From IMG/VR virus record IMGVR_UViG_3300045988_117755, positions 1-36,020 of that record: a stretch of 36,020 nucleotides of DNA. The stretch is one strand, 5' to 3'. Under the pieces are notes generated by a model. The model saw only the letters and a program-made list of their open reading frames with translations. It was not told the origin of the DNA and did not search any database. Made by a program: the position numbers and the translations under genes. The DNA is from a virus. Numbering within the stretch: position 1 is the first letter of the stretch; the number at the start of each line of letters is the position of its first letter. This document shows positions 15,624-24,798 of the stretch, one piece after another.

Positions 15624-18600
15624 CTATGCCCTCCCCATCGCGGCGGTTCCGACGGTCGCGCCCACGAGCCTGCGCACGAGGTCCTCGGCCTCCGAGCTCG
15701 CGGCGAGGCGCGCGCCGTCGATGTAGACGTTGATCACCTGCGACGCCCCGGCTCCCCCCGGTCTGGGGGCCGTCGCGGCAGGCCTGTACGAATCGGGTCG
15801 GGCGGCCTCGGCCAGCGCATCCGATGCTGAGCGCACGCCCGGCACGGCGGCCATCATGCCCGCCGCGAAGTTCTCGCCGAGGTGGAGACCGGAGGTGTAT
15901 CCGCCCTTCTCGGAGCCGCTCCACGGGCCGTCGTCCGGCGTGGAGAAGCCGAGGATGCTCTTAGCTGTGGAGGCGATGAGGCTCGCCGCGCCGCTCACGA
16001 GACCGGAGGCGGCCCTGATGCCAGCCGCGAAATTGCCGCCGAGGTGGTTGCCCCATTGCCACGAGTTCCCGTTGCCCATGGTCGACGCGGCACTCGAAAG
16101 TCTCCCGGCACTCGAGCGCGTCGCACCCTCGCCCGAGCCGATGCCCGAGGCGAAGCCGGACGACGCCGCCGCGCCAGTTCCGGACATGTCGGACGGGAGC
16201 GGGGCCACGCCCGCGTTCGCAGCGTCGGCCAGCGAGGCCGCCGATGCCCCGGTGGACGGCACCCCTGCGACCAGCGCGTCTGAAAGCGACTGGCTGGATG
16301 ATGCGCCCATGCCGCCGAAATCGAAGGGCATGGATTGGAGGGCCGCCGAAGCCGCTGCGGAGAGGTCGCCCGCGCCGGAGCCGACGAGCGCGCTGTTGAG
16401 GGACATGGACGAGCCGAGCGCCTGAGCGGCCGCCTCGCCGTACGGGGCGAGCTCTGCGGGAAGCGACGAGATGTCGCCGTTGACGGCCGCGCTGAGCACC
16501 GCTGCGGCCTGCTCCACGCTGATCTCACCGGATGCGACGGCATCGGCGAGCGACTGCGCCGCCTGCATGCCCGCGTCCTGCATCGTCGGCGGGAGCGATG
16601 CCACGGTGCCCGCCACGGAGTCGTTGAGGAAGCGCATGGCGTCCTCTGCCGACACGGTTCCGGCCTCGATGCCCGACGACAGGCTCGACGCGATGTCGAC
16701 GCCCGCCATCTGCATGCTCTCCGGGAGGTCGGACAGGGCCGACTTCATGTCCTCGCTGAGGTTGCTCGCGGCTATGGCCGCGCTCGCGGAGAAGGCCTCG
16801 TACTTGTCGGCTGCCTCGTTGGCGGCGGTGCCGAACTCCTTGATTGATTCGGTGTACTGCTCGACCTCCGCTGCCGCCGCCAGCTGGTCGTACTGGTCCC
16901 CGCTCTCTTGCGCCTGCTTCAAGCGCTCCTGAGCTGCCGCAAGCTTCTCCCGGGCGTCGGCGAGGCTCTGCTCGGCTTCGAGCTGCTCCTGCAGGTACTG
17001 CGTGGCGAGGTTCTGGTACGCCTGCGCGCGGGCGTTCCGCTCCCACGCGTCGGCGTTCTCGTTGATCTCGTCCGTGCTCTTCGACAGCTCCCCGGTGGCG
17101 GCGTTCGTCACCTCCACCGAGTCGCCGGTGATGGAGTTGTAGCCCTCCACCGCCTGCTTCAGCCGCTCCTGCTCGGATGCTGTGAGCTCGGACTGCCCCG
17201 CGAGCTCGTTGATTGTCTCCACGTAGGTATCGAGCATCGCGCTCTGTGTGCCGAGCTCTGAGAGGGTGTCGACGGCGCTCTGGTTGAGGTCGGCTATATC
17301 CTGCAGGGCCTGCTGCGACTCCTCGGCGGCGCGGCTCATGGAGTCGGCTATCGCCTTGCCGCTCGTATCCGCTGTCTCCCCCGCCTGCGCGAGTATGTCG
17401 TCGAAGTCCATGGTCGCGTCGGCGAGCAGCCGCTCCTTCTGCTGAGCCTCCATGAAGTCGGAGACGAGCGAGCCGATGGCGAGGCCCGCGACGGCGGTCC
17501 CGATGCCGAGGAGGCCGCCGCTGAAGAGCGACGCGGCGCTCGTCGCGCCCTTCATGGCGCTGCCCACGGTCCTGATGACGGGGCCGAGCACCTTGAGCGC
17601 CGGGCCGAGAAGGGCGACCTGCGTCACGAGCCCGATTATCTGTCCCTGCCCCTGCTCGCTCATGCCCGCGAACGCCTCCATGGCGTCGGCGGCCATGCCG
17701 AGCACGCCAGATACGGCGTCGATGCCCTTCTCCATGTGAGGGAGGAGGGACTCCACGAAGGGGCCTGCGGCGTCCACGAGGTCCGACAGGGTGTCGGCGA
17801 AGCGCTCGTACGCATCGGAGTCGCGCAGGGCCATGAGCGGCTGCTCGATGGCGTCGGTGAGGTTCGACATGAGGCCGGCGACCGTGGTCGACTGCTTCTC
17901 CATCATGCCGCCGAAATCGTTCTCCATGCCGGACACGATGGCTTGGATGCCCTCGGACGCGCTGACCGCTCCGTCGCTCACGGCCTCCATCGCCCCGGCG
18001 GCGTCGGTGCCGATGGCCTCGGCCAGATACTCCCACGCCGGGATGCCCGCCTCGGTGAGCTGGAGCATCTCCTCGGCGGAGACCTTGCCGCGCGTCTGCA
18101 TCTGGCCGAGCGCGCGGGTGACGGCCTCGATGCCCTGCTGGCCCGTCCCAAGGGCGGCGGTAGCGTCGCCGACGGCGGTGAGCATCGGGATGACGTCACC
18201 GGCCGTGAAGCCGTAGGCTAGGAGCTGCTGGGTGGCGGTCGTGAGGCCGGACAGCTCGAAAGGAGTATGGGCGGCGAAGCTCGCCAGCTCGTCCAGCATG
18301 TCCCGCGCCGCCTCAGCCGAGCCGAGCATGGTGGTGAAAGCCATCTCGGAGGTCTCTGCGGCCGAGGCGGTGGAGATGGCGAACGCCCCGGCCCCGGCCG
18401 CCGCCGCTGCCAGCGGCACGGTGAAGTGCGAGGTGAGCGCGTCTCCGGCATCCGCGAGCTTCCCGCCGAAATCCTCAAGCTTCGAGCCTGCTGAGCGGAG
18501 GTCGAGGCTGTCTCCGATGCCCTGCCCTAGGCCCGAGCCGATCTTCTTCGCTGCCGCCGTCGTGTCCACTCCGCCGAGCTGCGACTCTATCTGCTTCGTC

Positions 18601-18659
18601 GCGCCCCTGAGGGAAGGGATGAGCGTGAGATACGCGGTGGCGAGCTCGGTACCCGGCAT
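15624..18659 (-). CDS. Tail tape measure protein, 1011 aa.
   Basis: Size, Ala/Gly/Ser/Glu-rich coiled-coil composition, and location after the G/G-T chaperones. Confidence 0.8.
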   Translation of the reverse strand: MPGTELATAYLTLIPSLRGATKQIESQLGGVDTTAAAKKIGSGLGQGIGDSLDLRSAGSKLEDFGGKLADAGDALTSHFTVPLAAAAAGAGAFAISTASAAETSEMAFTTMLGSAEAARDMLDELASFAAHTPFELSGLTTATQQLLAYGFTAGDVIPMLTAVGDATAALGTGQQGIEAVTRALGQMQTRGKVSAEEMLQLTEAGIPAWEYLAEAIGTDAAGAMEAVSDGAVSASEGIQAIVSGMENDFGGMMEKQSTTVAGLMSNLTDAIEQPLMALRDSDAYERFADTLSDLVDAAGPFVESLLPHMEKGIDAVSGVLGMAADAMEAFAGMSEQGQGQIIGLVTQVALLGPALKVLGPVIRTVGSAMKGATSAASLFSGGLLGIGTAVAGLAIGSLVSDFMEAQQKERLLADATMDFDDILAQAGETADTSGKAIADSMSRAAEESQQALQDIADLNQSAVDTLSELGTQSAMLDTYVETINELAGQSELTASEQERLKQAVEGYNSITGDSVEVTNAATGELSKSTDEINENADAWERNARAQAYQNLATQYLQEQLEAEQSLADAREKLAAAQERLKQAQESGDQYDQLAAAAEVEQYTESIKEFGTAANEAADKYEAFSASAAIAASNLSEDMKSALSDLPESMQMAGVDIASSLSSGIEAGTVSAEDAMRFLNDSVAGTVASLPPTMQDAGMQAAQSLADAVASGEISVEQAAAVLSAAVNGDISSLPAELAPYGEAAAQALGSSMSLNSALVGSGAGDLSAAASAALQSMPFDFGGMGASSSQSLSDALVAGVPSTGASAASLADAANAGVAPLPSDMSGTGAAASSGFASGIGSGEGATRSSAGRLSSAASTMGNGNSWQWGNHLGGNFAAGIRAASGLVSGAASLIASTAKSILGFSTPDDGPWSGSEKGGYTSGLHLGENFAAGMMAAVPGVRSASDALAEAARPDSYRPAATAPRPGGAGASQVINVYIDGARLAASSEAEDLVRRLVGATVGTAAMGRA

Positions 18660-18661
18660 GC

Positions 18662-18967
18662 CTACCTCCTATCGGGCGCGATGCCGAGCTTCTCGGCAAC
18701 GTCGTCCATATACGTCTTGGTGTATTTGGCCCGGTCGTCGGCCTCGCGCGCCCTCTTCGCGGGCGATTCGACCAGCTTGGGGGCATTCCGGCCCTTCTGG
18801 CCGTCCTTGGTGTTGCGCCAGTCGGCGACGCTCCCCCATCGCTCGATGAGGGCGAGGAGCCTCTCGGATTCGCTCCACCCGTCGCCCTCGGCGCGCCGCA
18901 CGGCGCTCTCGGACGGCAGGCAGGCTGCGAGGCAGGAGGCATGGGCGCATGAGTAGCCCGCGCCCAT
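18662..18967 (-). CDS. gpT-like extension of the tail assembly chaperone, expressed as a G-T fusion (18662..19356) by -1 frameshifting.
   Basis: The -1 frame read from the slippery site runs ...ELTADFRRFYGLDLEDMGAGYSCAH... straight into this ORF. Confidence 0.6.
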   Translation of the reverse strand: MGAGYSCAHASCLAACLPSESAVRRAEGDGWSESERLLALIERWGSVADWRNTKDGQKGRNAPKLVESPAKRAREADDRAKYTKTYMDDVAEKLGIAPDRR

Positions 18968-19014
18968 GTCCTCAAGGTCGAGCCCGTAGAAGCGCCGGAA
19001 GTCGGCCGTGAGCT

Positions 19015-19356
19015 CTACTCGGTACCTTCCGAGGAGGCATCCGAGCCTGCGGAGTTTTTTAGCTTCGCCACCTCGTTCATGACGGTCGTCGCGAAGTCGC
19101 TCATGACCGCCACGGGGAGCCGTCCGCCGTTCTTGCGGCGCAGCTCGTCCTTGACGCGCTTGTAGTCCCTGCCGAAGATGGCCTTGTACACGCGCACCAT
19201 GGCGCTGATGCGCTCGGCGGCGGTGGAGTCGGGGTCGGCGTTGACGGCGATCTGCTCCACCACCTCGAAGTCGTCGGCGGCGTCCATGAGCACTTCGACC
19301 GTGATGCCGGAGACGGTGACCGTCACGCCTTTCTCGGCGCTCTTCTTCGCCTCCAT
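19015..19356 (-). CDS. Tail assembly chaperone gpG-like, 113 aa.
   Basis: Real start is ATG 19356 (MEAKKSAEKG...); the upstream 56 aa of the track ORF are junk. Lies between the major tail protein and the tape measure. Confidence 0.65.
   Translation of the reverse strand: MEAKKSAEKGVTVTVSGITVEVLMDAADDFEVVEQIAVNADPDSTAAERISAMVRVYKAIFGRDYKRVKDELRRKNGGRLPVAVMSDFATTVMNEVAKLKNSAGSDASSEGTE
19054..19060 (-). other. Programmed -1 ribosomal frameshift slippery heptamer A_AAA_AAC (plus strand GTTTTTT).
   Basis: In the G frame the codons are CTA AAA AAC, 12 codons before the G stop. The -1 frame continues into the T ORF. Confidence 0.65.
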
Positions 19357-19358
19357 CT

Positions 19359-19934
19359 CTACGCCGCCTCGGTCTCGGTGGAGTCGTAGTAGTCGATATA
19401 GTAGTCGCCAGTGGTAGCGTCGAGGAGGGCGGTCATGGTGATCTCGCGGCCAACGAGCTCGCTGTAGACTACGGTCATGTCGCCGAGCTCGCCCACCTTG
19501 CACTGCGGCACCACGCGGCGCCACTTGCGGCCGTTCTTGAGCAGGAACTCGAACACGCCGACGTAGGTGGCGTCGTTCGGGCCCTTGTCGTGGACTGTGA
19601 GCTTGCCCGTCGCATCGGAGACGTTCGCGGTGCCGTTGATGACGGCGAGCGAGTCCTTCTTGATCTCGCGGAAGGTCACGGTGAACGTCTTCTCGATCTC
19701 GCCGTTCGAGGTCTCGATGGCATCGCCGTTGAGGTCGTAGTAGGTGTCGACCGAGGACGAGTCGCTGAACACCGCTCCGTCGTCGCCGAGGAAGCCCATG
19801 TTGATGAACTTGGCGTCGAGCGGCTTGGAGTTGTCGGTCGGCAGCGTGGTGCCGGTCGGGGCGAGGAAGAAGTAACCGCCCGACTTGCCCTTGCCCACGG
19901 ACACGTTGGCGGTGTTGTTGGCGGTAGAAGCCAT
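19359..19934 (-). CDS. Major tail protein, 191 aa.
   Basis: Position upstream of G/G-T; size and composition. Confidence 0.6.
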   Translation of the reverse strand: MASTANNTANVSVGKGKSGGYFFLAPTGTTLPTDNSKPLDAKFINMGFLGDDGAVFSDSSSVDTYYDLNGDAIETSNGEIEKTFTVTFREIKKDSLAVINGTANVSDATGKLTVHDKGPNDATYVGVFEFLLKNGRKWRRVVPQCKVGELGDMTVVYSELVGREITMTALLDATTGDYYIDYYDSTETEAA

Positions 19935-19971
19935 TGTGTGCCTCCTAAAGGAAAAGGCCGCGCGCGGCGGC

Positions 19972-20322
19972 CTATCGGTTGAAAATTATCTCTGTCACTA
20001 CGTGGTACCGGGGCGTGCCCGAGTCGAGGTCGTAATCCCGGAAGGTGGAGGTGAGGTCGGCGTAGAAGCAGTCCTCCAACTCGTACGGCATCGAGCGCAG
20101 CGCGCCCTTAACGGCGTCCGCGAGGAGCGCGGCATCGCGGCGCGAGCCCGCCCAGCACTGGATGTCGAGCATAGGGCGCTCTATCACGAGATCTCCGTCC
20201 GCCCCGCCCGTGCGCTCCACGACGATGAAGGTCGCGGGGCGCTTCGACGGCACGTCGTAGTAGGCGGTCGCTCCGAGCCCCTTCGCGTTGAGGTAGTCCA
20301 CGACCTCGCGTTCGGCGTCCAT
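19972..20322 (-). CDS. Tail terminator / tail completion protein, 116 aa.
   Basis: Position and size. Confidence 0.4.
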   Translation of the reverse strand: MDAEREVVDYLNAKGLGATAYYDVPSKRPATFIVVERTGGADGDLVIERPMLDIQCWAGSRRDAALLADAVKGALRSMPYELEDCFYADLTSTFRDYDLDSGTPRYHVVTEIIFNR

Positions 20323-20325
20323 GTG

Positions 20326-20604
20326 CTACCTCCCCGCATCGAGCGATTTGAGCAGCGTGTTGTGCTTGTTGTTGTTTCGGATGCCGTGCGGGCTGGCGGT
20401 CCACACGCGCGCATGGGCGCGGTTGCCGGACGAATCGACCTCGGACATGTACGCGTCGTTGCGCATATCGTCAGGCGACGTCTTTGCGTTCGCGCTCGCG
20501 GCGATGGCCGACGCCATATCCCCGAGCTTCCCGGCGACGCCTGCGGACGTGAGCACGGCGCGCGCCCCGGCGCCGTTGATGCGCACCCTCGCTCCCCTAG
20601 CCAT
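20326..20604 (-). CDS. Head-tail joining protein, 92 aa (start ATG 20604).
   Basis: Position; the upstream part of the track ORF is rejected. Confidence 0.35.
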   Translation of the reverse strand: MARGARVRINGAGARAVLTSAGVAGKLGDMASAIAASANAKTSPDDMRNDAYMSEVDSSGNRAHARVWTASPHGIRNNNKHNTLLKSLDAGR

Positions 20605-20956
20605 CGACTGCCTCCACCTCCGCCGTGTAATTCCACGGACCCGGCGTGTTGTCAGCCGTGTACGGCTGCGGGTCGCCGATGATGGCGCACTCGATGCCGC
20701 GCACGGTGACGCGACAGCCACGCAGCGAAGCGGTGAAGGTCTTCGGGAAGCCGAGCGTGAATGCCACGCGCGTGCCGTCCGGTCGCGTCGAGTCGAGCAC
20801 GTCGGAGGTCGCGCCGGGGGTAACGATCACGTTCTGCACGGTGGCCTCGTCCCACGTCGTGACCTCCTCCATGTGCTCGTCGTACGAGACGGTCGGCGTG
20901 CGCACGGTGACGGCCTCGCCCGCTATCAGGCCGAAGTCGGGCAGCGGCGCGATCAT
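20597..20956 (-). CDS. Head-tail adaptor / head closure protein, 119 aa.
   Basis: Position and size. Confidence 0.4.
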   Translation of the reverse strand: MIAPLPDFGLIAGEAVTVRTPTVSYDEHMEEVTTWDEATVQNVIVTPGATSDVLDSTRPDGTRVAFTLGFPKTFTASLRGCRVTVRGIECAIIGDPQPYTADNTPGPWNYTAEVEAVDG

Positions 20957-21351
20957 GTGGCATCACCCGCGTTCGAGCCGTACCATCCGTCGATGACGGG
21001 TGCCACGGAGCCGATGCGCGCCCCTCCGATGCCGAGCGCCCTCTTCTCGTTGCGCGTGAGGTACAGGTCGCCGCCGGGGTTGTAGACCGCGACGGAGGCC
21101 GTGTAGCCGCCCGCGCCCTGCGAGACGTTGGACAGGCCCGCATAGCTCCCGGCCATCATCGAGCGGTGGACCATCGAGCAGGTGACCGTCTCAAGCACGC
21201 CCTGCCACGTCTCGTCGCCCTCGCGCATGGCGAAGCCGGACTGGCTCGCGATGATGTTGGTGGCGTCCTGAAGGAGCGCGGTCACGCGCGCCTCGTCCTC
21301 CACCTCGCCGTAGCGGTCGGTGTAATCGTCGACGGTCGCGAATGGTTCCAT
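20953..21351 (-). CDS. Head-tail connector (gp6-like), 132 aa.
   Basis: Position after the capsid genes. Confidence 0.4.
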   Translation of the reverse strand: MEPFATVDDYTDRYGEVEDEARVTALLQDATNIIASQSGFAMREGDETWQGVLETVTCSMVHRSMMAGSYAGLSNVSQGAGGYTASVAVYNPGGDLYLTRNEKRALGIGGARIGSVAPVIDGWYGSNAGDAT

Positions 21352-21353
21352 CG

Positions 21354-21689
21354 CTACGCCCCGGCCATGATTCCGGCTGCTACGAGCGCGGACACGATGG
21401 CGGCCCCATCCGCGCCGTCGACGTGCGCGGCCTGCTTCACGAGGCCCGGGGTCGCCGTGGTAGCGTTTCCGGGAGCAGCCGGGATGACCCCGGACGCGAG
21501 CTTCGCAGCCTGGATGGTTTCGTCAGCGATCTTGTCGTTCGTCACGGCGTTAGCCTGGAGCATCTCCGTTGTGATGGTGTTGGCGCCGGGAGTTGAGCCT
21601 CCGCTCGGCAGGCCCTCGATGTGCACCTCCTCGACGTGCTGCCCCTTAGATGGCTCGTCCTCGGTGTACTTCATGCTGCGGATGGTCAT
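21354..21689 (-). CDS. Hypothetical virion protein, 111 aa.
   Basis: ORF with Ala/Thr-rich composition. Confidence 0.35.
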   Translation of the reverse strand: MTIRSMKYTEDEPSKGQHVEEVHIEGLPSGGSTPGANTITTEMLQANAVTNDKIADETIQAAKLASGVIPAAPGNATTATPGLVKQAAHVDGADGAAIVSALVAAGIMAGA

Positions 21690-21988
21690 GCCATCGCCTC
21701 CTTAAGAGCCGCGAGCATCGCGGCCTTGTTCGCCTTCTTAGGGAGCGAGACGCCGTGCGCCTCCGCATACGCGCGAATCTCGGTGATGGTGGAGTCGGAG
21801 TCGGGGAGCTCGGCCCCCTCTTCTCCTTCATCGGCATGGCCATCGTCGGCCTGCTCGCATGCGGCCTCGTCGGCATCCACCTGCTCGGTCTCATCGACGG
21901 CGATGAAGCCGCGGGCGAGCCAGCGCTCCACGCTCCCGCTGGGTACGTCGACCTCAGCGCCCGTGTAGGGCGCGATCATGCGGGCCAT
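21686..21988 (-). CDS. Acidic protein with a C-terminal Rho_N/HeH-like motif (ITEIRAYAEAHGVSLPKKANKAAMLAALKEA).
   Basis: C-terminal motif resembles Rho-N/SAP-like domains common in phage head-region proteins. Start taken as ATG 21988. Confidence 0.4.
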   Translation of the reverse strand: MARMIAPYTGAEVDVPSGSVERWLARGFIAVDETEQVDADEAACEQADDGHADEGEEGAELPDSDSTITEIRAYAEAHGVSLPKKANKAAMLAALKEAMA

Positions 21989-21990
21989 GG

Positions 21991-22896
21991 CTAGGCCTTC
22001 GGATAGGTGTCGGTGAGGCGCACGAAGCAATCCTCGTCCATGACGGCGAAGCCGACCTCAATCTCGCAGCGGAGCGCGAACATGTTGCGCTGCCAGAGGT
22101 TGATCTGCTTGTTTCCGTCGTTGATGGTGGCCTGATTGGAGTACTCCACCGTGATGTCCTCGACGATGCCGTACACGGCCTTGTTCCAATCGCCGACGAA
22201 GCCGATGGTGTTCGCGGCGCTCGAGCCCGCGTTGTACGCGGCCTGGCGGTAGTACGCGGGGAGCGAGAGCACGCGGCCCACGCCGCCCTGGTCGGTCGGG
22301 GAGTCGATGAAGATGGGACGGCCCGAGGAGTCCTTGGCCATGAGCAGGATGCTCTCGGCCTGCGGCGCGAAGACCCACGCGGTCGCGGAGCCGCCGGCGG
22401 TGGAGACCGTCGTCTTCGCGGTCACGAGGTTGTCGTAGGTGTCGGCCTCGATGTCGACGGCGGTCGCTCCGGAGAGCGTGTCGAAGTTGGAGCCGGGCGC
22501 GGACTGGAAGCCGAAGGCCGTGGCGTCGAACAGCGCGGCGAGGGTTCCGGGAACGCGCTCGATGACGGCGTTGTAGAGGGTGTCCTTGTCGCGGCGGAAC
22601 TGGTTGCTGAACGGTACGATGACCGCCATCTTGTACGGCACGATCTTCTTCGAGCCGAAGGTCGGGGTGCTGACCGTCTTCTCGGCGGTCTCGTCCACCC
22701 ACGCGGGCTTGGGGTCGGTCTCGATCACGTCGAGCGTGATGCCGGGGCCGGGGATTACCATGCGGCGGGCGTTGGCCATGACGAAGGAGGATTCCTGCGT
22801 CTTAGCGATGACCTCAGAGCTGATCTCGCTCGGGAGGACGATGCCGGTGGTCGTGCGGTTTACATCCACCTTGGTGGTGTCGAGTGCCATTTGCAT
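21991..22896 (-). CDS. Major capsid protein (HK97 fold), 301 aa.
   Basis: Size and position after the scaffold gene; typical capsid-protein composition. Confidence 0.7.
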   Translation of the reverse strand: MQMALDTTKVDVNRTTTGIVLPSEISSEVIAKTQESSFVMANARRMVIPGPGITLDVIETDPKPAWVDETAEKTVSTPTFGSKKIVPYKMAVIVPFSNQFRRDKDTLYNAVIERVPGTLAALFDATAFGFQSAPGSNFDTLSGATAVDIEADTYDNLVTAKTTVSTAGGSATAWVFAPQAESILLMAKDSSGRPIFIDSPTDQGGVGRVLSLPAYYRQAAYNAGSSAANTIGFVGDWNKAVYGIVEDITVEYSNQATINDGNKQINLWQRNMFALRCEIEVGFAVMDEDCFVRLTDTYPKA

Positions 22897-22902
22897 TCTC
22901 CT

Positions 22903-23406
22903 TTACATCTGTGATTCGATGAAGTCGAAGAAGATGTCCTTCTTGTCCTTCGGTGCTGGGCCGGGCCGCTTCCCGTCGCCCTTGAACACGGTCGCGACTG
23001 GCTGCCCCTGCGCGAACGCGAGGATGGATGCGGCCTGCGCCTCCATCGCCTTGCGGTCGGTTTCGGTGAGCAGCGATGCCGGGATGCCGGTCGCCTCTGC
23101 GACCTCTGCCGCGTCCTTGGCGCGCTGCGCCTCGGCCTCGTAGGCGGCGAGCTTCGCCTCGGCCGCCTCCATGCGCTTCGTGGCATCATCCAGCTTCTCG
23201 GCGTCGGTCTTGGATGCATCCTCGAGCTCCGCCAGGCGCTTCGCGGCATCCTTGTTCTCCTTGGCGCGCGACTCCCACTTGCGCGACTCCGCGAGCAGCT
23301 TGTCGTACTCCGCCCTGCTGACCGTCTGATCCGCCGGGTCGGTGCCGTGCGGCTCCCGAGCTGCCGGGTCGGTCCTCGTGGGATCGGTGTCCTGTACGTC
23401 GGCCAT
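22903..23406 (-). CDS. Scaffolding protein, 167 aa (start ATG 23406).
   Basis: Highly charged coiled coil (AEKLDDATKRMEAAEAKLAAYEAEAQRAKDAAE) immediately upstream of the capsid gene. Confidence 0.65.
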   Translation of the reverse strand: MADVQDTDPTRTDPAAREPHGTDPADQTVSRAEYDKLLAESRKWESRAKENKDAAKRLAELEDASKTDAEKLDDATKRMEAAEAKLAAYEAEAQRAKDAAEVAEATGIPASLLTETDRKAMEAQAASILAFAQGQPVATVFKGDGKRPGPAPKDKKDIFFDFIESQM

Positions 23407-23419
23407 ATGGCCCCCTTTC

Positions 23420-23456
23420 CGCCCGTGCGGGCGTCTGTCTGACCCCGTGCGGGGTC
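23420..23456 (-). promoter_or_regulatory. Two stem-loops with the same core CCCGTGCGGG (CGCCC-GTGC-GGGCG at 23420-23433; GACCCC-GTGC-GGGGTC at 23441-23456), upstream of the scaffold gene.
   Basis: Read directly; a third copy forms the terminator stem at 23503-23518. Confidence 0.5.
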
Positions 23457-23489
23457 GCGGCATGGATAAGGCCGCCCCGGTAGGACGGC

Positions 23490-23518
23490 TAGATATGAAA
23501 AGAGCCCCGTGCGGGGCT
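23490..23518 (-). terminator. Intrinsic terminator after the zincin gene: stem AGCCCC-GCAC-GGGGCU followed by CUUUUCAU on the minus RNA.
   Basis: Hand-folded; a U tract follows. Confidence 0.65.
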
Positions 23519-23538
23519 GATTTCGCGTTGGGATGGTG

Positions 23539-23910
23539 CTAGGCGGTCGGGTGTCCGCTCGCCCAGCGGCGCTGCATGTCGAGCAGCGCGTAGGTGACGT
23601 TCTGGACGAGGTACGCCCTCGTCTCCTCGTCCGGCTCGTCCTCGCCGAAGTGGTCGAGGATGATTTGCGAGACGTGCACGGCCTCGTGCGCCATGAGCGC
23701 GGCCAGCTGGTCGGCGTCGCGCACCTCGGCCTCGAGAAGGACGAAGCAGACGAGGTCGTCGCCGCTGTCGAAGCCGTTGGTCTGGGCGTGGACGCTCTCG
23801 ACAAAGGTCACCGACGCCCCGAGCCTCCGGGCGAGCCGGAGAGCCCTATCGCGCCTGTGATAGAGATGCAGCTCCACCTCGCCGAACGTTGTTTGCACGT
23901 ATGCTTTCAT
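23539..23910 (-). CDS. Small HExxH zincin-like metallopeptidase-domain protein (DUF4157-like), 123 aa.
   Basis: ...TFGEVELHLYH...ARRLGASVTF... followed by LMAHEAVHVSQ matches the DUF4157 pattern (fG.dfs.vr.H..LLAHELTHVvQQ) from memory. Confidence 0.5.
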   Translation of the reverse strand: MKAYVQTTFGEVELHLYHRRDRALRLARRLGASVTFVESVHAQTNGFDSGDDLVCFVLLEAEVRDADQLAALMAHEAVHVSQIILDHFGEDEPDEETRAYLVQNVTYALLDMQRRWASGHPTA

Positions 23911-24000
23911 GTGTCTCCCAAGCGGGCGGGGTTGCGTGTCTCCCGCCCCTCACGGTCTTTGCGGCGACCGTCGGCCACGCCTGCCCACGGGCTGCGTGGG

Positions 24001-24798
24001 CTAGGCCGTGGATTTGCCAGCTTGCATCTTTGCGAGCCTCTTGGCGTGCTTCGCGCTGTTGGCGTAGCCTCGGAAAATCTTGTCGCGCTCCTCCTCGACC
24101 GTGGTGCCGCGCTTCTCCGCGCGTTCCTCGGCGAGGGCGTCGACGGCGCTCTGCCAGCGGTCGTAAATGGCCTGCGTGTCGTATCCCTCCACCCCGCCGC
24201 CGTCCCACTGGCACACCACGCGGCAGTCGTCGCCGCTGTGGTAGTGGTCGAGCTTGATTGCTCCGGCGGTGGCTTCGGACGTGTACACGAAGCCGCGCGA
24301 CGCCAGCATGAGGCAGAAGTCGCACGTCTCTGCTCCGGTCGGCACGCGCGCGAACTTGGGTTTGCGCTTGTCGCGCCGACCGTTGGCGAACATGGACTCG
24401 CCAGCGCTGCGCTTCATCTCGTAGTCGATGCGCTGGAGCACCTGGTCGTTGAAGGTCTCCACGCGCCCGTCGAGGACGAAGCGGACGAAGCCGCGCACCG
24501 CGCCCTCGGTCTTGCGCGGGTCGTAGCCGCTGATGGCGGTCGCGCCCATCTTCTCGCCCACGGCCAGCTCGCGCGCCGCGTCGTAGAAGTCGGCGGACGC
24601 CTGCGCGGCCATGGTGGTGTAGGTGGGCATGACGGCGGCGAGGGCTTGGAGCACAAGCTCCCGGCACTCGGCGACGTTCTCCGGCGTCCACTTGATGCCC
24701 CGCAGCACCTTCAGCACGCGGGCCTGCGCGTCGGCGCTGATGCCGTTGATTTCCTCGGTCAGGAAGTCCACAGCCGCGCGCGGTATCATCGCGGCCAC
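24001..24798 (-). CDS. Head morphogenesis protein, phage Mu gpF-like / SPP1 gp7-like minor capsid protein.
   Basis: VPTGAETCDFCLMLASRGFVY motif; position after the portal gene. Confidence 0.7.
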   Translation of the reverse strand: MAAMIPRAAVDFLTEEINGISADAQARVLKVLRGIKWTPENVAECRELVLQALAAVMPTYTTMAAQASADFYDAARELAVGEKMGATAISGYDPRKTEGAVRGFVRFVLDGRVETFNDQVLQRIDYEMKRSAGESMFANGRRDKRKPKFARVPTGAETCDFCLMLASRGFVYTSEATAGAIKLDHYHSGDDCRVVCQWDGGGVEGYDTQAIYDRWQSAVDALAEERAEKRGTTVEEERDKIFRGYANSAKHAKRLAKMQAGKSTA

